64,000 nt of DNA from Macrostomum lignano (GCA_002269645.1 NIVC01001287.1:1-64000); one strand, 5' to 3'; shown: positions 35,185 to 52,916, counted from the stretch's first letter. The notes: a model not told the origin generated them from the letters alone. A program made the numbers and translations.

Positions 35185-35645
35185 GGGGCGAACGTCATTT
35201 TAATTGAAGAACGTCGAAGAAAACGAGTCGATACTGTAGGCGTTGGGCTTTTTAGGCGTACTTGTGGCCGTACACGTGCTCTCGTAGGTGTCGGCGGCGG
35301 CGGCGGGGAAAAGACGAGAAGGGCTGGACCCCGCTCGCCTCAATAAATAGCAGCACCGCGGGGGGAAGGGGGGAGGGGGAAGACAGCCACCCGCCGCTGA
35401 TTGGCGGGTGATTTTAGTGTTAGGGTCTTGAGTCTGCCCGCGGCCGCTCGTTTAGGGTGCTTTAGCACCTACTAGCTGTCTCCCCCCCGCGGTGCTGTTA
35501 TTTATTGAGGCGAGCAGGCCCTTCTCGTCCTTCCCCTGCCGCCGCCGCCACCTACGAGAGCACGATCCCCTGCTACGCCTGCAATATCGACATCTGTTGT
35601 GTACTCGTTTACTTTGACGTTCTCCAAATAAAATGACGTCCAGCC
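35185..35645. repeat. GC-rich imperfect inverted repeat (arms ~35185-35370 and ~35478-35645)
   Basis: GTGCTCTCGTAGGTG..CGGCGGCGGC..CTCGCCTCAATAAATAGCAGCACCGCGGGGGG pairs with CCCCCCGCGGTGCTGTTATTTATTGAGGCGAG..GCCGCCGCCGCCACCTACGAGAGCAC. Confidence 0.85.
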
Positions 35646-36471
35646 TCCAGCCTCATCATCACAAGTATAAAAAAGCATACAGTACATGCAACTAGTTCAA
35701 GTTACACTATTCTCGTAGCTCTCGTCACAAAAGTAGGTTGTGCAGAACTCTTTAGCAGTCAATCATGCACAAAACCTGAATTTATGATTTTTGAGACATA
35801 CTTATAATTTTCACCGTATTTTCTAGGCTGTTAGTTAGACTGGCCACCAGCAAAATGTCAGTACAGGTAAATTCGAGGCGACGCTGCATAAATTAATAAC
35901 TAAATTAAACATTCAGCACTTAATTACATGCGTCGCATTATGGACCCAACCGCACCCTTGAAACATGCTTCAATCTTTTAGTGCAATCACATTACATTAA
36001 GTCCTCCGATCCTAAAATAACGGAATATGCGGTGATTGCATTATTAGCTGTTATGCAGCTGTAGTTGCACAATGTAAGCCATTGCTTAAATTAACAGTAT
36101 TCCAGACAATTAGCTTGAACTAGCAATCTAGCGCCCCCCTTCGGGGTGGCCAATAAGCAAGGGACGAATCCTTTAAAATGAAAAAAAATTCTTAGGGAGG
36201 GGGGCTAGGAATCGAATTCTCATTTTAATTCCAGGCTTATGTACCAATAAAACATGCTTGTGCAGAATTTTATAACAGACATTGAAATTCAACAATACTT
36301 GCCTTCTTTCAGAGCTACTTCTACCAGTATGCTTCAGTACGCTACCAGTACCCTTGTAAGCCTTGACATGTCAGCAATCCCCCCCACAAGCCTTAACATA
36401 TCAACTCCCCCCTTGACGTCTCAGCGATGCTCCCATAAGCCTTGAAATCTTAAAAAATCTGTCTACTTTCT

Positions 36472-36502
36472 AACCCTAACCCTAACCCTAACCCTAACCC
36501 TA
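36472..36502. repeat. Short interstitial (TAACCC)n telomere-type tract
   Basis: Five TAACCC units. Confidence 0.8.
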
Positions 36503-37446
36503 AAGCAGGCATGGCGAAATCATTTAGGATGTGACATTATTAAAATGTCTGTTTTAAACCATGGAAACGCTTTTTTAAAAACATCAAAAAAGCGGTCGCA
36601 TTTTTTGATTCAGACAGATGACGCTTTAGTTACTGGGAGGGCTCAGAAGCTCTGAAATGTACACTATTATGTTTGAGATAGTCGTGAAATTTATTGCTTT
36701 AAATTACAACATGTAGTTTGATTACTAAATGAAGTGCTACTGGAAGTCTGCATTGTCGGATAAAGGAACGGTTTTTCGACCATCTTTAGACGTCTTTAGC
36801 GTCTTTCTACATCAGTTTGCCTACATGTGTTTCACGGATCTAATTCCAGCTAGCTGTCTCGCAATTGTTGGGTTTACAAAATTAACTAACATCTATTAGA
36901 AGCAGAAGCGTATATCGGAACCTTGCTAATTGGTTCGAGTACAACTATTTCGATTAGTTTGTTATCTTTGTTGATCGAAGAAGAGCGAGCAGAGGCGGAG
37001 CGGAGCGAGAGAGCGAAAGCATTTAAGAAATAAAAATCAAAGTAAGGTCCTACTGATAAAGCCAGAATTCGTCTCTTGAGACTACGAGTATAAGACAGAT
37101 TTTCCTCGAAAGCGATTGCAGGACCAATGCGCTCCGTGCAAGCTCGGGTTTGAGGTGGCGGGTGGTTCTGCACACTGCTGTTATCGGCGGGTGTCGAACG
37201 AACTGAGAAGAACGGAAAGAGAGAGAGAATTGAGAATTAAAGCGCTCAACACGTGGATCATGCAGAATCGCACAGACAGTCAGTGGCGGCACGCGCAACT
37301 GGAATTTCGACATTCCTATAGATATAGAGAGCTAATATCTCATTTCTGTTAAGACGGCTTTCAGCACAGGTCTACTTTGTAGAGACGCCAAGACCAGAAT
37401 AGCGCTACAACTTGCAGATTCAGGACCGCAAAGAAGCCACGAAATA

Positions 37447-40400
37447 ATGGCTGCAGCAGAGAGCAGTCCGACTCAGGACTCTGGCGCCTCGGCAGCTCTC
37501 ATCAGCCTGCGGATTCGAGTGCCGGAAACGAAGGCTGAGGTAAAGGAAGGCAGGATTTATTGACTGTTGCTTTTATGATACTGAGACACTGCGACAGACA
37601 CTGCGACAGACACTGAGACATGCAATGAGACAGACACTGAGACAGACACTGAGACATGCAATGAGACAGACACTGAGACAGACACTGAGACAGACACTGA
37701 GACAGACACTCTGAGACAGACACTGCGACAGACACTGCGACAGACACTGAGACAGACACTGCGACAGACACTGAGACAGGCAATGAGACAGACACTGAGA
37801 CAGACACTGAGACAGACACTCTGAGACAGACACTGCGACAGACACTGAGACAGGCACTGAGACAGACACTGAGACAGGCAATGAGACAGACACTGAGACA
37901 GCCACTGAAGTCATACAAAGAGGCAGACCAGGCGCTAAAGCAGACGTCAAGACAGATGCTGTAACTGAGAAAAAGACTGAAAATTAGATCTGTAAATCTA
38001 CCAAAGACAAAGTCGTTCTATCAAAAAAACTCATTCTCAACTTGTGCAGAAATGCCTTCAGTTCGCCTCGGATACAACCGTACACGCAGTAAAGCTACGG
38101 GCTCTGGACCTACTGGGCAGAAACCTCCCAGACAAGCTTAATTACGGTTTGTACCTGCCTGGCAACAGAGGCAGAGCTGGTAAATTCCTACAAGAAGAAA
38201 GGCTGCTTAACGAATATCCAATGAGTGGGCCGATTGGAGACGTTGAGGTACGTTGCTTTGAAATCAATCGTCTGAGATTTTTTAGTTGCTTTGAGAAGTG
38301 AGGGTGTGAACTAAGTGCTCAAGAATGAGATGACTGTGTACATCCTTGAGTAGGGAGAGTGTCGACTAAGTTCTCCAGAGACAAACAGTAAAAACAGCAT
38401 CAATTAAAAATGTACCACATTATACGCTCCGGTTAAAACTTCTGTGTTTCTATATTTAAAATTAGTCCCAATAAATAAGTCAATATGCGTTTTCTGTATA
38501 TTTTATATGCGTTTGCTTTCAGATAAGATAGAGCACACACAGATACGAGTACAGTTAAATAGCAGCAGTTATTATTATCAGTAAATATTGAATTATTTAT
38601 CTGAAAAATTTTCAGCTTCGGTACAAACGCAGAATTTATCGCAACTCAAGTCTCAGCGTTAGTAAAATTAAACGCGCCAATTCAAAAGTGAGCAAACTTT
38701 ACTGATCTATGTAAACTGTACTTTATTTATAATCCAACTAATAAATAACAATTTATCGAATTCTTGCAGTCAAATTTAAAACATTTTGTACAATCGTTGC
38801 AAGCCGGTGACACAGCAGCTGTCAATATGCACCTGAGCAGCGGACTGGATCCCAATGTGCCCTGCAAGAGCAACGGAGGTGAGGCTGGTGTATTATATGG
38901 GGTATATAGTAGTTTTTTATTGTGACCTGTCTGTATTTCCCAATGACCTCTGTTGCTCTCTGTGACCTTGTCTGTTCCTCTCTGTGACCTTGTCTGTTCC
39001 TCTCTGTGACCTGCCTGTCCATCTGTGTGACCTGTCTGTCCATCTCTGTGACCTGTCTGTTCCTCTCTGTGACCTGCCTGTCCATCTCTGTGACCTGTCT
39101 GTTCATCTGTGTGACCTGTCTGTCCATCTGTGTGACCTGTCTGTCCATCTGTGTTACCTGTCTGTCCATCTCTGTGACCTGTCTGTCCATCTGTGTGACC
39201 TGTCTGTCCATCTGTGTGACCTGTCTGTCCATCTGTGTTACCTGTCTGTCCATCTCTGTGACCTGTCTGTCCATCTGTGTTACCTGCCTGTCCCTCTCTG
39301 TGACCTGTCTGTCCATCTGTGTGACCTGTCTGTCCATCTGTGTTACCTGTCTGTCCATCTCTGTGACCTGTCTGTCCATCTGTGTGACCTGTCTGTCCAT
39401 CTCTGTGACCTGTCTGTCCATCTCTGTGACCTGTCTGTCCATCTGTGTGACCTGTCTGTCCATCTCTGTAACCTGTATGTTTCTGTTATTCTTCTCTCTA
39501 CAATCCTACCTGTCTCTCTCCCAACTCCCATTAAAAATGCCTGTAAAATCGTGCCTTTGCTTTACCTGTAGTATTCTTCCATCTTAAACCGCCTTTACCT
39601 TCTGTTACAGCTAACCATTTCATTCTAGTGTGTAAGTCATGCCTTGACCATTGAAATTGGAGATTTTCTGCAAGCAATTTTTCACACGCACACACACATC
39701 ATACACTATAAGAGCTCTCACTTACAACCAAGCGATTATACATGTGCTTGGTCTAACCGCATTTACAGTCAGCACCTCCAAAACTTGAATCGTAAAGTAA
39801 TAATAACATCGCTGAGGTCCAGTGCTATAAAGTTAATCGTCGTATTATAAAATTTGGTATACACTGTGTAAAGGTAATAATAAACCAATTAAGAAACTCA
39901 TCGAGGAGTCAGAGTGTGTTAACAAAGCATTCCAATTAGCTTTTAAACAGACGATTGAGTGTTGCATGTGAATGTGTTAATTTCGCATTTAATACTGTTT
40001 ATACAGTCGAAGGCCTCGTGCCAATTGAAACGTATGGTAGAGTGCTTGCAGCCTTTTTACGTAGTTTAAATACGGGCGTAAAACTAAAATTTTTAAAGTA
40101 CATTTTTTTGGACTAGATAGGACTGTAAATAGTAGTCCTAAATGTGTTAATAAATTACGAACTATTCATTTTTCCTTTAATTTTACCGCCATAAAATATA
40201 TGCATTCTGTTATTTCCTTTGATGTAACCGCCACTGAACCACATCTCATTGACCTTCAATGTCATCGCCACTGGACTCCTATTTCCTTAAACACTTGATC
40301 TCGCCGCGATAAAACCTGGCCCATTTCATTGTACCTTTGGTGTCGCCGCCGCCACTGGACCCCCATTTCTTTGAACCCTTGATCTCGCCGCCATCAGACA

Positions 40401-43400
40401 CCATTTCATTGTACCTTTGATCTCGCCGCCATCAGACCCCATTTCCTTGTACCTTTGATGTCACCGCCATCAGACTTCATTTCATTGTACCTTTGATGTT
40501 GCCGCCATCAGACCCCACTTCCTTGTACCTTTGATGTCACCGCCATAAGACTCCATTTTATTTTACCTTTGATCTCGCCGCCATCAGACCCCATTTCCTT
40601 GTACCTTTGATTTCGCCGCCATCAGACTTCATTTCATTGTACCTTTGATGTCACCGCCATCAGACCTAATTCCAAAGACGTTTGTTATCATCGCTGTTAT
40701 CATCAAAGCCAATGATTGTTCAGAACTTAGCTTTTTTATTTGTAATAAATTTTTAATTTACCTATCAATGCATTCCAGCCACAGCCCTGATGGTAGCTAC
40801 TGAGCTCAAACGTTCGCGCGAAATGATTCTGACGCTGATTTCTGGTGGAGCATTTCTAGATTTTCGCGACGCCAAAGGTCTGACCGCTATGCACCTGGCC
40901 GCCATCACTGGCAATGGGGAGTCTATACAGGTGAGCATGATTCACTGCATCACTGAACTACTGAGTCACTGCATCACTGACCTACTGAGTCACTGCATCA
41001 CTGACCTACTGAGTCACTGCATCACTGACCTACTGAGTCACTGCATCACTGACCTACTGAGTCACTGCATCACTGACCTACTGAGTCACTGCATCACTGA
41101 CCTACTGAGTCACTGCATCACTGACCTACTGAGTCACTGCATCACTGACCTACTGAGTCACTGCATCACTGACCTACTGAGTCACTGCATCACTGACCTA
41201 CTGAGGCACTGCATCACTGACCTACTAGTCACTGCATCACTGACCTACTGAGGCACTGCATCACTGACCTACTGAGTCACTGCATCACTGACCTACTGAG
41301 GCACTGCATCACTGACCTACTGAGTCACCCCATCACTGACCTACTGAGTCACCCCATCACTGACCTACTGAGTCACCCCATCACTGACCTACTGAGTCAC
41401 CCCATCACTGACCTACTGAGTCACTGCATCACTGACCTACTGAGTCACTGCATCACTGACCTACTGAGTCATTGCATCACTGACCTACTGAGTCACCCCA
41501 TCACTGACCTACTGAGTCACCCCATCACTGACCTACTGAGTCACTGTATCACTGACCTACTGAGTCACTGTATCACTGACCTACTGAGTCACTGCATCAC
41601 TGACCTACTGAGTCACCCCATCACTGACCTACTGAGTCACCCCATCACTGACCTACTGAGTCACCCCATCACTGACCTACTGAGTCACCCCATCACTGAC
41701 CTACTGAGTCACCCCATCACTGACCTACTGAGTCACCCCATCACTGACCTACTGAGTCACCCCATCACTGACCTATTAAATCCCAATCTTAAAAATATTT
41801 TCCAGACTCTACTCGACCTAGGTCAGTCTCCGAATTGCCTAGACTCAGGCGGTTTGACTCCGTTATACCACAGCATCCTTCACAGCGGTTCCACCGTGGT
41901 TGCCGAGATGCTGCTATACGATGGAAGCTGCCTGGGCATCAGGGACGACAAGGGCCTTTGCGAAATTCACCAGGTTCGGCATTAATTGGTCTTTGTTGAA
42001 AAACACGCATCTGATTCTCACGCCGCAACCCCTGGTGCGCGGCGACATTCAGTTGGGGGTTGTCGGGCTCTTCAAAGCCATGAGGGCCAGCCCCCAAGGC
42101 GCTGACAGTGTACATGCCTGTCAATAAGAAAGTCAGAGCCGCTGTACACCCTGTGTGAGCGTGTGTATGAGTGTGTGACAGCGTGCAGTATGTATGTGCT
42201 GAGGATTCAGTGGATTAATGGTCAGTGCGTCACCGCTGGCTAGCTGTGGACGATGTCTCCGAAGGTTTTTTCCAGGAGTCCCACAGCTCTGCTGCAATTT
42301 ATTGCATTCCTAAATCATCCACAGGCCTGCAAACTGGGCAGGGAGCACCATCTTGAACTGCTGCTGACCTACGGTGCCGATATTAATAGCACTTCAACTC
42401 ACGGTAACACACCGTTGCACGTGTCTGCTCTGGCTAATCAGGTGGGCAAAATCGATTTGTTTGGCAACAATGGTACTTAATATAAATTGACGACTAAATT
42501 TACCAAATCAAGCTAAGTTTGCTATTAGATCCTGTTTTCTTAGGACGTATGATGTCACCGACATTAGATCCTGTTTTCCTAGAACTGGTGTCACCGCTAT
42601 TAGATTCATTGCCCTTGGGGCGTTTGATGTCCTTGCTATTGTCCTTATGGCCCATTTCAACAAAATTTGCAGCTTGAATGCGCCAGGACACTTCTAAGAC
42701 GGGGCGCCGACAGGCAAATAAAAAACTACCAGGGTCATAACGCCGAGGACACGGCGTTGCTGGCTGGCAACCAAAGTCTAGCCGAGCTGATCCGCGACTT
42801 CAGCCCCTCCGAAGTGACTCCGATCGAGGCTAAGCCCAGACTGAACACGCGTCGAAGACGAACAAACAGCAACCTTGGCGGCGGTCAGTCACTGGGCTAC
42901 GGAAGTCGCGGTTGGGGCTCACTAGCCAGCGTCGGCGCGGCCCACTACAGGCAGCAGGTGCACCAACAGGCGGGTAGGTCACAGAACACCCTGTTTGAGC
43001 GAGACCTGTCTATGGGCCGCCTATCTGTGTCTTCTTCGATGGCTGCTGGATTCGGAGCGACAGTTGGTAAGGGACTTTCGTTTTTAGGGTTTATACGTTC
43101 ATAATTGCATCTTTTTGTTCTTGATATCTGCCTTCTTTAACGTCAATCTCATTTAGTCCAGTTTATCTTCGACTTTGAACAACCAGATACGCTCGTAATC
43201 CTTTCTGTGTGTCTCTACAGCATCAGTTGGTTCTTTTAGTGTTTTCACAGTCTACTCAAAGCCTTCTGCTTTCACAGTCTTGGTTGGTGTTCTACGTATA
43301 ATCACAGTTACCGTCTGTTCACAATTTTGGTTGCTACAATCGTATCATTCGTGTGATAAAATTTTGTGTTGGGTGCGCAAGGTGTGTTTACCTTTTCTTA

Positions 43401-46244
43401 CGAGCGTGTTTACCGTAGAGTGCACGTGTACATTCAAAGTGTTTCTTTCATGTTATGTCATCTTAGGCTCAACTAAAGAAGATAGCTATTAAGTAGGAGG
43501 ATTTGGTTTAAGTGTACTTCGTATGACTGATAGCCTAGAGTCCTGATGTATTCGTGTGTTGCACGTGTATTTTTGCATGAAGTCTCGATAAATAATCCCC
43601 ATGGAAGAGCAAAATCTTGTTTGAGCATTGCATATACAGCTACTAAGAGCTCCAACTCGGTTGTCATGCCCTTTGGCAAATAAGCGGTGTTTGTGACATT
43701 TGAGATGGTCACGTTCAACTCAATATTAGCGATGGGAGATATATTTATAAAATTATACAAATTCGGGGTCATGCTTGCAATGCAATCGGTTTTTCACTGC
43801 ACCATACTTTTTTATAAACCTATTGCTTGCTTATTCGACTATACTTGTTAAGTTACTGGATGGAATTCTCTTTAGGATTCTCTCTTGACTGCCTGAGTTG
43901 AAAAAATTAGCGAATTTTTGTAAAGTAAAATTGACTATTAATTTTTCTATCGACCAAATTTACTTACAGGTAGCCATTATTCAACGAGAAGCGAGTTTGT
44001 CTTTGCTGGAAGGTAAGCAAACAGTTGGTACACTAATTTTTTACTTAGATGCCGTAGCCCTGTGGTTTAGCGTGGGGGGGGGGGCTCTGATGTGCAAGAG
44101 GCCCAGGCTCGATTTCAAGTGTGTTCAAATTGGAATCTTAGCTGGGCTATGCTTGTGCAATTAACGCCCTTGAGGGTCAACCCCCAAAGCACAGTGAAGT
44201 GTACATTTATATGTCTAACACTCCTGTGTGTGTGCCTGTGCGTATGACTGCGTACGTATCCGCGTGCGCTAATTGTGTGCCTGCTCAGGGCAGTCGGCGG
44301 AATGGGCAGTAATGCGGTAGTGGTTGTAGTGGTGACTGTGTGACAATGTCGATTAAAGTACAACCAGGGTGCATACAGTATCAAATACCATTACGCTCTT
44401 AATAATTAGCAACTCTAATTACCGATTTATCGCTCTAACGGCGACTCTGTACCAAAAATGTACACAGTTTCGTAAATCCGAGCTAGTCCTGCTGGTAAAA
44501 CACTTGATTGTAAAAAATTGTACATGTTTTGCTATTTTCAGGAAAAAACACTTTCCATTTACAGCCGAAAAGATTCTCTGCCACCAGAGCAACTGGCTCG
44601 CACGGTTGTCATTCAGCGTAGCTCCGGTGGCGGCTTCGGCTTCACTCTGAAAGGCAGTAAGACTCCAATCTCGGCCAGTCCGGACTCCAATGCCACGTCG
44701 TCGCGTCAGATCCTGGGCCCCATCGAACCTGGCAAGCCGGCTTATTTAGCAGGAATGCGCCAGGATGACCTGGTGCTGGAGATCAACGGAGTAGACGTTC
44801 GGGCATTGTCTCACGCCGACTGTCTGCAGTTAATCACAGGTGACACTCTGACACTGAAACTGCTGACGCCGCCAACTCCGGTTCGAGACGGCCACAGTCA
44901 ATCGGTGTTATCTGTTCAAAGCGACACTGAACCGTTGAGAGCCATTGGTATGCGATTTTACATTTTGCAAGCTATCTTAAGTATTTTCTAACGATATCCT
45001 AACATAAACTTTTCTACACTTTTCACACCTGCCTCTAAAATTGAACAGACATGCTAGACCGAACTCTCAACTGCTACGAAGAAATTCCCGAGGACCCGTT
45101 GCCTGCTGAGCAGAAGACTCAGCCAGAGCCAGTTGCAGTAACAGAAACCGAGAATAAAGACACAAATACTAGCGCTACAACGTCAAAATCTGACACACCT
45201 GAGAAATCAACAGTTCAACCAGTAGCCAAAAGTGCAATGGTTGCTGCAGGCGCTGCTGCCGCAGTGGCTGCCGCGTCACCAGAAGCAGAGCAGCAGCCAG
45301 AAGTCAACGAGGCTCCAACAGCTGCTACTACAGGCGTCGAAGCACCGATAGAAGAACCTGTGGAAGTTTTGCCCGCACCAGAAGGTTTTGGAAACGATGC
45401 TCAGCAACAAAGCAGTCAAAGCAAAGAACAATCCAATCCAACTGAAAGCACTTCAGATCCACCAGATCCCGAAGAGCAAGAAAGTCCAATTGATCGGAAA
45501 ATATCCACCATAGCGCCGTTGCCCACCCGGGTGCCACCGCCACCGCCGACTGCGCCGCCGCCTCCTCCGCCGCCGAAGCCGTCGCTTGGCACTCCGTCGA
45601 CCGCCGCCTCCGTGGCAATTATTCGCCGACGCTCCCTGCTAGCAAAACCGGCCGCAGCCACGCCGGACCACGATCAGGAGCTTCGACGCCTGGTTGAACT
45701 GCGACGGAAAAAGATCGACTCCGGTCAGGTTGAACCCAGCCAGCAGATTGAGGCGCAGCTCAATAGAAAGAGCGCTGGATCCAGGATGATCATCGTGCCA
45801 TCTGGATCCGTTGCGGCAACCGCTGCAGTTGCTGCTGAGAACTCCAACAAGTCTATTGATGCCACTAAAGAATCCGTTGCCACCAGCAGTACTCCTGTTT
45901 CTTCCACAACAACAAAGATTTCTGCCGCTGCTGCTCCTGCTTCTACGAATGGTCCAGCTGCTGTAGCAGGTGCTTCATCTTCCGCATCTAGTTCCAGTGC
46001 AGCAACTACTGTTAGTAACACCTCGCCGAAGCCAACTCCAGCAGTGAACAACGGAGACTCATCGCCAATTCAACTGCGCCGATCTGTGGCGAATCCGCAG
46101 CTAGCCGACGTGGCCGCAACCGATGCAACGGCTGCTGAAAGGCCGGCGTCGTTTACTGGCAAAGCGGAACAGCTGAGACAGATGATTCTGAAACAGCAGC
46201 AACAGCAGCATCAACAAAATTCGAGGAAACCAACGCAACTTTAA
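37447..46244 (+). CDS. SHANK: Shank/ProSAP-like scaffold (SPN domain, ankyrin repeats, PDZ, proline-rich tail)
   Basis: Exons 37447-37539, 38050-38247 (KCLQF..LNYGLY..GRAGKFLQEERLLNEYP), 38616-38687 (LRYKRRIY), 38770-38878 (GLDPN), 40779-40930, 41806-41973, 42325-42441, 42673-43066, candidate microexon 43970-44012, 44565(or 44542)-44947 (PDZ RTVVIQRSSGGGFGFTLKG) and 45049-46244. Ankyrin exons align in order with Shank sequence. Confidence 0.92.
37575..37910. repeat. ~12-bp intronic repeat (CTGAGACAGACA)
   Basis: Visible in Shank intron 1. Confidence 0.9.
38920..39480. repeat. 21-bp intronic tandem repeat (GTGACCTGTCTGTCCATCTGT)
   Basis: Visible; explains the MDRQVTQ-repeat ORFs. Confidence 0.95.
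40240..40670. repeat. ~38-bp intronic tandem repeat (CTTTGATCTCGCCGCCATCAGACCCCATTTCCTTGTAC)
   Basis: Visible units. Confidence 0.9.
40940..41775. repeat. 24-bp intronic tandem repeat (CACTGCATCACTGACCTACTGAGT), ~35 copies
   Basis: Begins right after donor GTGAGC at 40931. Confidence 0.95.
41990..42250 (+). mobile_element. SINE-like dispersed repeat, family 2, copy A
   Basis: Shares CCAAGGC..GTACATGCC..AGAAAGTCAG..CCGCTGTACAC..GCT(G/C)AGGA(T/G)TCAGTGGA with ~50310-50515 and ~44050-44330. Confidence 0.55.
44050..44330 (+). mobile_element. SINE-like dispersed repeat, family 2, copy B (tRNA-like head)
   Basis: GCCGTAGCCCTGTGGTTTAGCG..GGCTCGATTTC head; body shares CCCCCAAAGCACAG..GTGTACAT..TGTGCCTGCTCAGG. 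Confidence 0.5.
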
Positions 46245-46979
46245 ACTGTGATTCTAAATTTCGTACCATGTACTGATTTTGTTGCTTTGTGCTGAACAAA
46301 AACTTCAATTGGATCAATATATATATATTTCCTCTGTTGATAGAAATGGGTCAAAGAAGGTCGTTATACCGATACAATATTTCGAGGTCGATCGACAATT
46401 AAGCGGGTAGTTTTATCAGCGAAAAGAGGCCGATGGATAACGACGTCACTGCTGTACAGGATGCAGGTCGTTAAAAGTAGATTGCAAGTGCCACGCTGAA
46501 AACTACAATTAAGGTTTTACGCTCGTATTAACATTCAACTCCTCTGTTGAAAATAGCTCGTAAAGCTTGTATTTCTCGTAGATTATTTTGTCCAACATCA
46601 CTGCACACATCACTCGTAAAATTATCGATTTTCTGACATGTACGCTTGTGCTAATCCGAGTTCACAGATACTCGTAGATATTCTAGTACCAACCAACCAT
46701 CTTTTTTCAAAATGCTTATTGATTCTAGTAGACGTCGCCAATTATGTTTTAATCGCCAGCCGTTTAATGATTTTGTTCATTACTAAAAATAACTACAGAT
46801 ATTCCGTAACATTCAGTTCGGCAATTCCGATCTAACCAAAGTTGCATAATATCCATTTCTATATTTTAAAATTTATGCAATATCCCTTATCCTGCTTATG
46901 CAAATACAAAGAATAAAGAATTCGGATGTACTTTTAAGTCTTGCATTAATAAGCTAAAGAAGCATGTGCTGTTACATAT

Positions 46980-48007
<1,028 letters not shown>

Positions 48008-48709
48008 GAAGATACCAGCTTCTGGGGCTCATGCCTTCATATGGTAGCGTTTTATCTATCCATCTTTTTGGACACGAGGCCTGACCAGGTGGTCAATTTC
48101 CCAGCTCCCTTCGCAGGTAGATTCACCTGGCACAATGGCTGCTTAAAGCAGCATTAAAGAGTGCGACATAAAAAACAATCTTATCAGAGACCTTGGAGAA
48201 TTTTTAATTTCCAATTGTCCACAGAGTAATTCAAATTTTGCTACTTGAAGTAGCCTTGGATAGAACCAAATCGCTTGTTCACTTAGAGAAGACAATTAAT
48301 CGTTGGACTAAAAGGTAAGCTATTTAGTCCATGTCGACATATACATAATTTTTATGGCTTTTGTCGCACTAAATTTAAACACCGGGGTAATATTAATACT
48401 AAAGACATGGTAGCTAAAAATAGACTGACGCGTTTTGATCTGTAGTTGATCGAAGCAGACTGAGAGAGAGAGAGAGGAGAAAAAAACTGACTTGGGCAAG
48501 AACCGACTCAGTGCAACAGTTGGGGTGGAACAAATCCCGGCTATAAGTGAATGACGTGTGTGCGCGTACGGACGTAGAGAAAATCGATATTAAATCAAAT
48601 CTGCTAGCTACCAATACGAGCTAGCTCAGGCCTTTAAGTCAACCTGTGCAAGAGAAAAGAAGTCAAGGCTAACGTCGCGTCTCTCGGGTTTGAGCGATAA
48701 CAAAAAACA

Positions 48710-48922
48710 ATGGGTTTAACAAACGCCCCGGAAAACATCCAGATATCCGACTGCTACACCAACGGAGTGGTCACCAACTGGGGCTGCAACTATTTCAACG
48801 AGGTTGCCGTGATCGTCCTGCTGGTGATCTTTGTCGGCTGCCTGGTGTCGGTCTGCATCTGTCTGGCCTATTGTTCCTACTTTAAAATACAGGCAAAGAG
48901 ACAGAAGGACGATTATCGATAA
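48710..48922 (+). CDS. Small single-pass membrane protein, 70 aa, unknown function
   Basis: ATG-initiated ORF with GC-rich codon positions in AT-rich flanks; TM segment VAVIVLLVIFVGCLVSVCICLAYC followed by basic KIQAKRQK. Confidence 0.6.
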   Translation: MGLTNAPENIQISDCYTNGVVTNWGCNYFNEVAVIVLLVIFVGCLVSVCICLAYCSYFKIQAKRQKDDYR

Positions 48923-49553
48923 GTGGATTTTTGAAATGGCAACAAGCTCTTGTAACATGTTACTTATCATTTGACAGAAACTGAGCTTAATCTGTGATTC
49001 TATATTTTTCATCATTTTAGTTGTGCGTCTATTTTATCAACAAAAATACTTTTGTATTCTTCTATCGTGATTTTACGCGTATGTTGCATGTTATTTTCTA
49101 CCCAAGAGTTAACATGTAACATTTATCGTTTTAACCTTTTTTTCGTGAGAAATTAACATCGTAAGAAAGAGGGTCAAAGCTATTAATTTTTATGTAGAAT
49201 TATTCGTTTTCTTTGTAGTATATTCACGTACAACCCGTAGTAGCTTTAAGTATGTATTTGTTTAAATGACACAAGAAAATATATTTAAGAAGACCAGCAT
49301 ATTACATGAGTAGTTTTGTGTACACATTATAACATGTTTTCATACAGTTCACACTACGTTTGTTCGAGGCGTATAAAAAGTTGTTATTATGTTTCAAAAT
49401 AATGGCGTCATTGTAAATTTTTGTAGGATACATTTTAGAGATCAATTTTTTGGTAAGGAAAATTGGCAAATAAAAACGTCAGTCATACAAAGTAAAAAAA
49501 TACACGCTTTGTTAAACGAAGAATTCGGTATTTTTAATCATTCAGAATCTTCA

Positions 49554-52916
<3,363 letters not shown>

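Noticed and set aside
36472-36502. Chromosome end or telomere
   Set aside because: Only five interstitial TAACCC units; similar short tracts at 60543 and 62884 are element-associated
36886-37352. Short ORFs upstream of Shank
   Set aside because: No recognisable motif; more likely promoter or 5' UTR
38822-39587. MDRQVTQ-repeat ORF resembling a coiled-coil protein
   Set aside because: It is a 21-bp intronic minisatellite antisense to Shank and open in several frames
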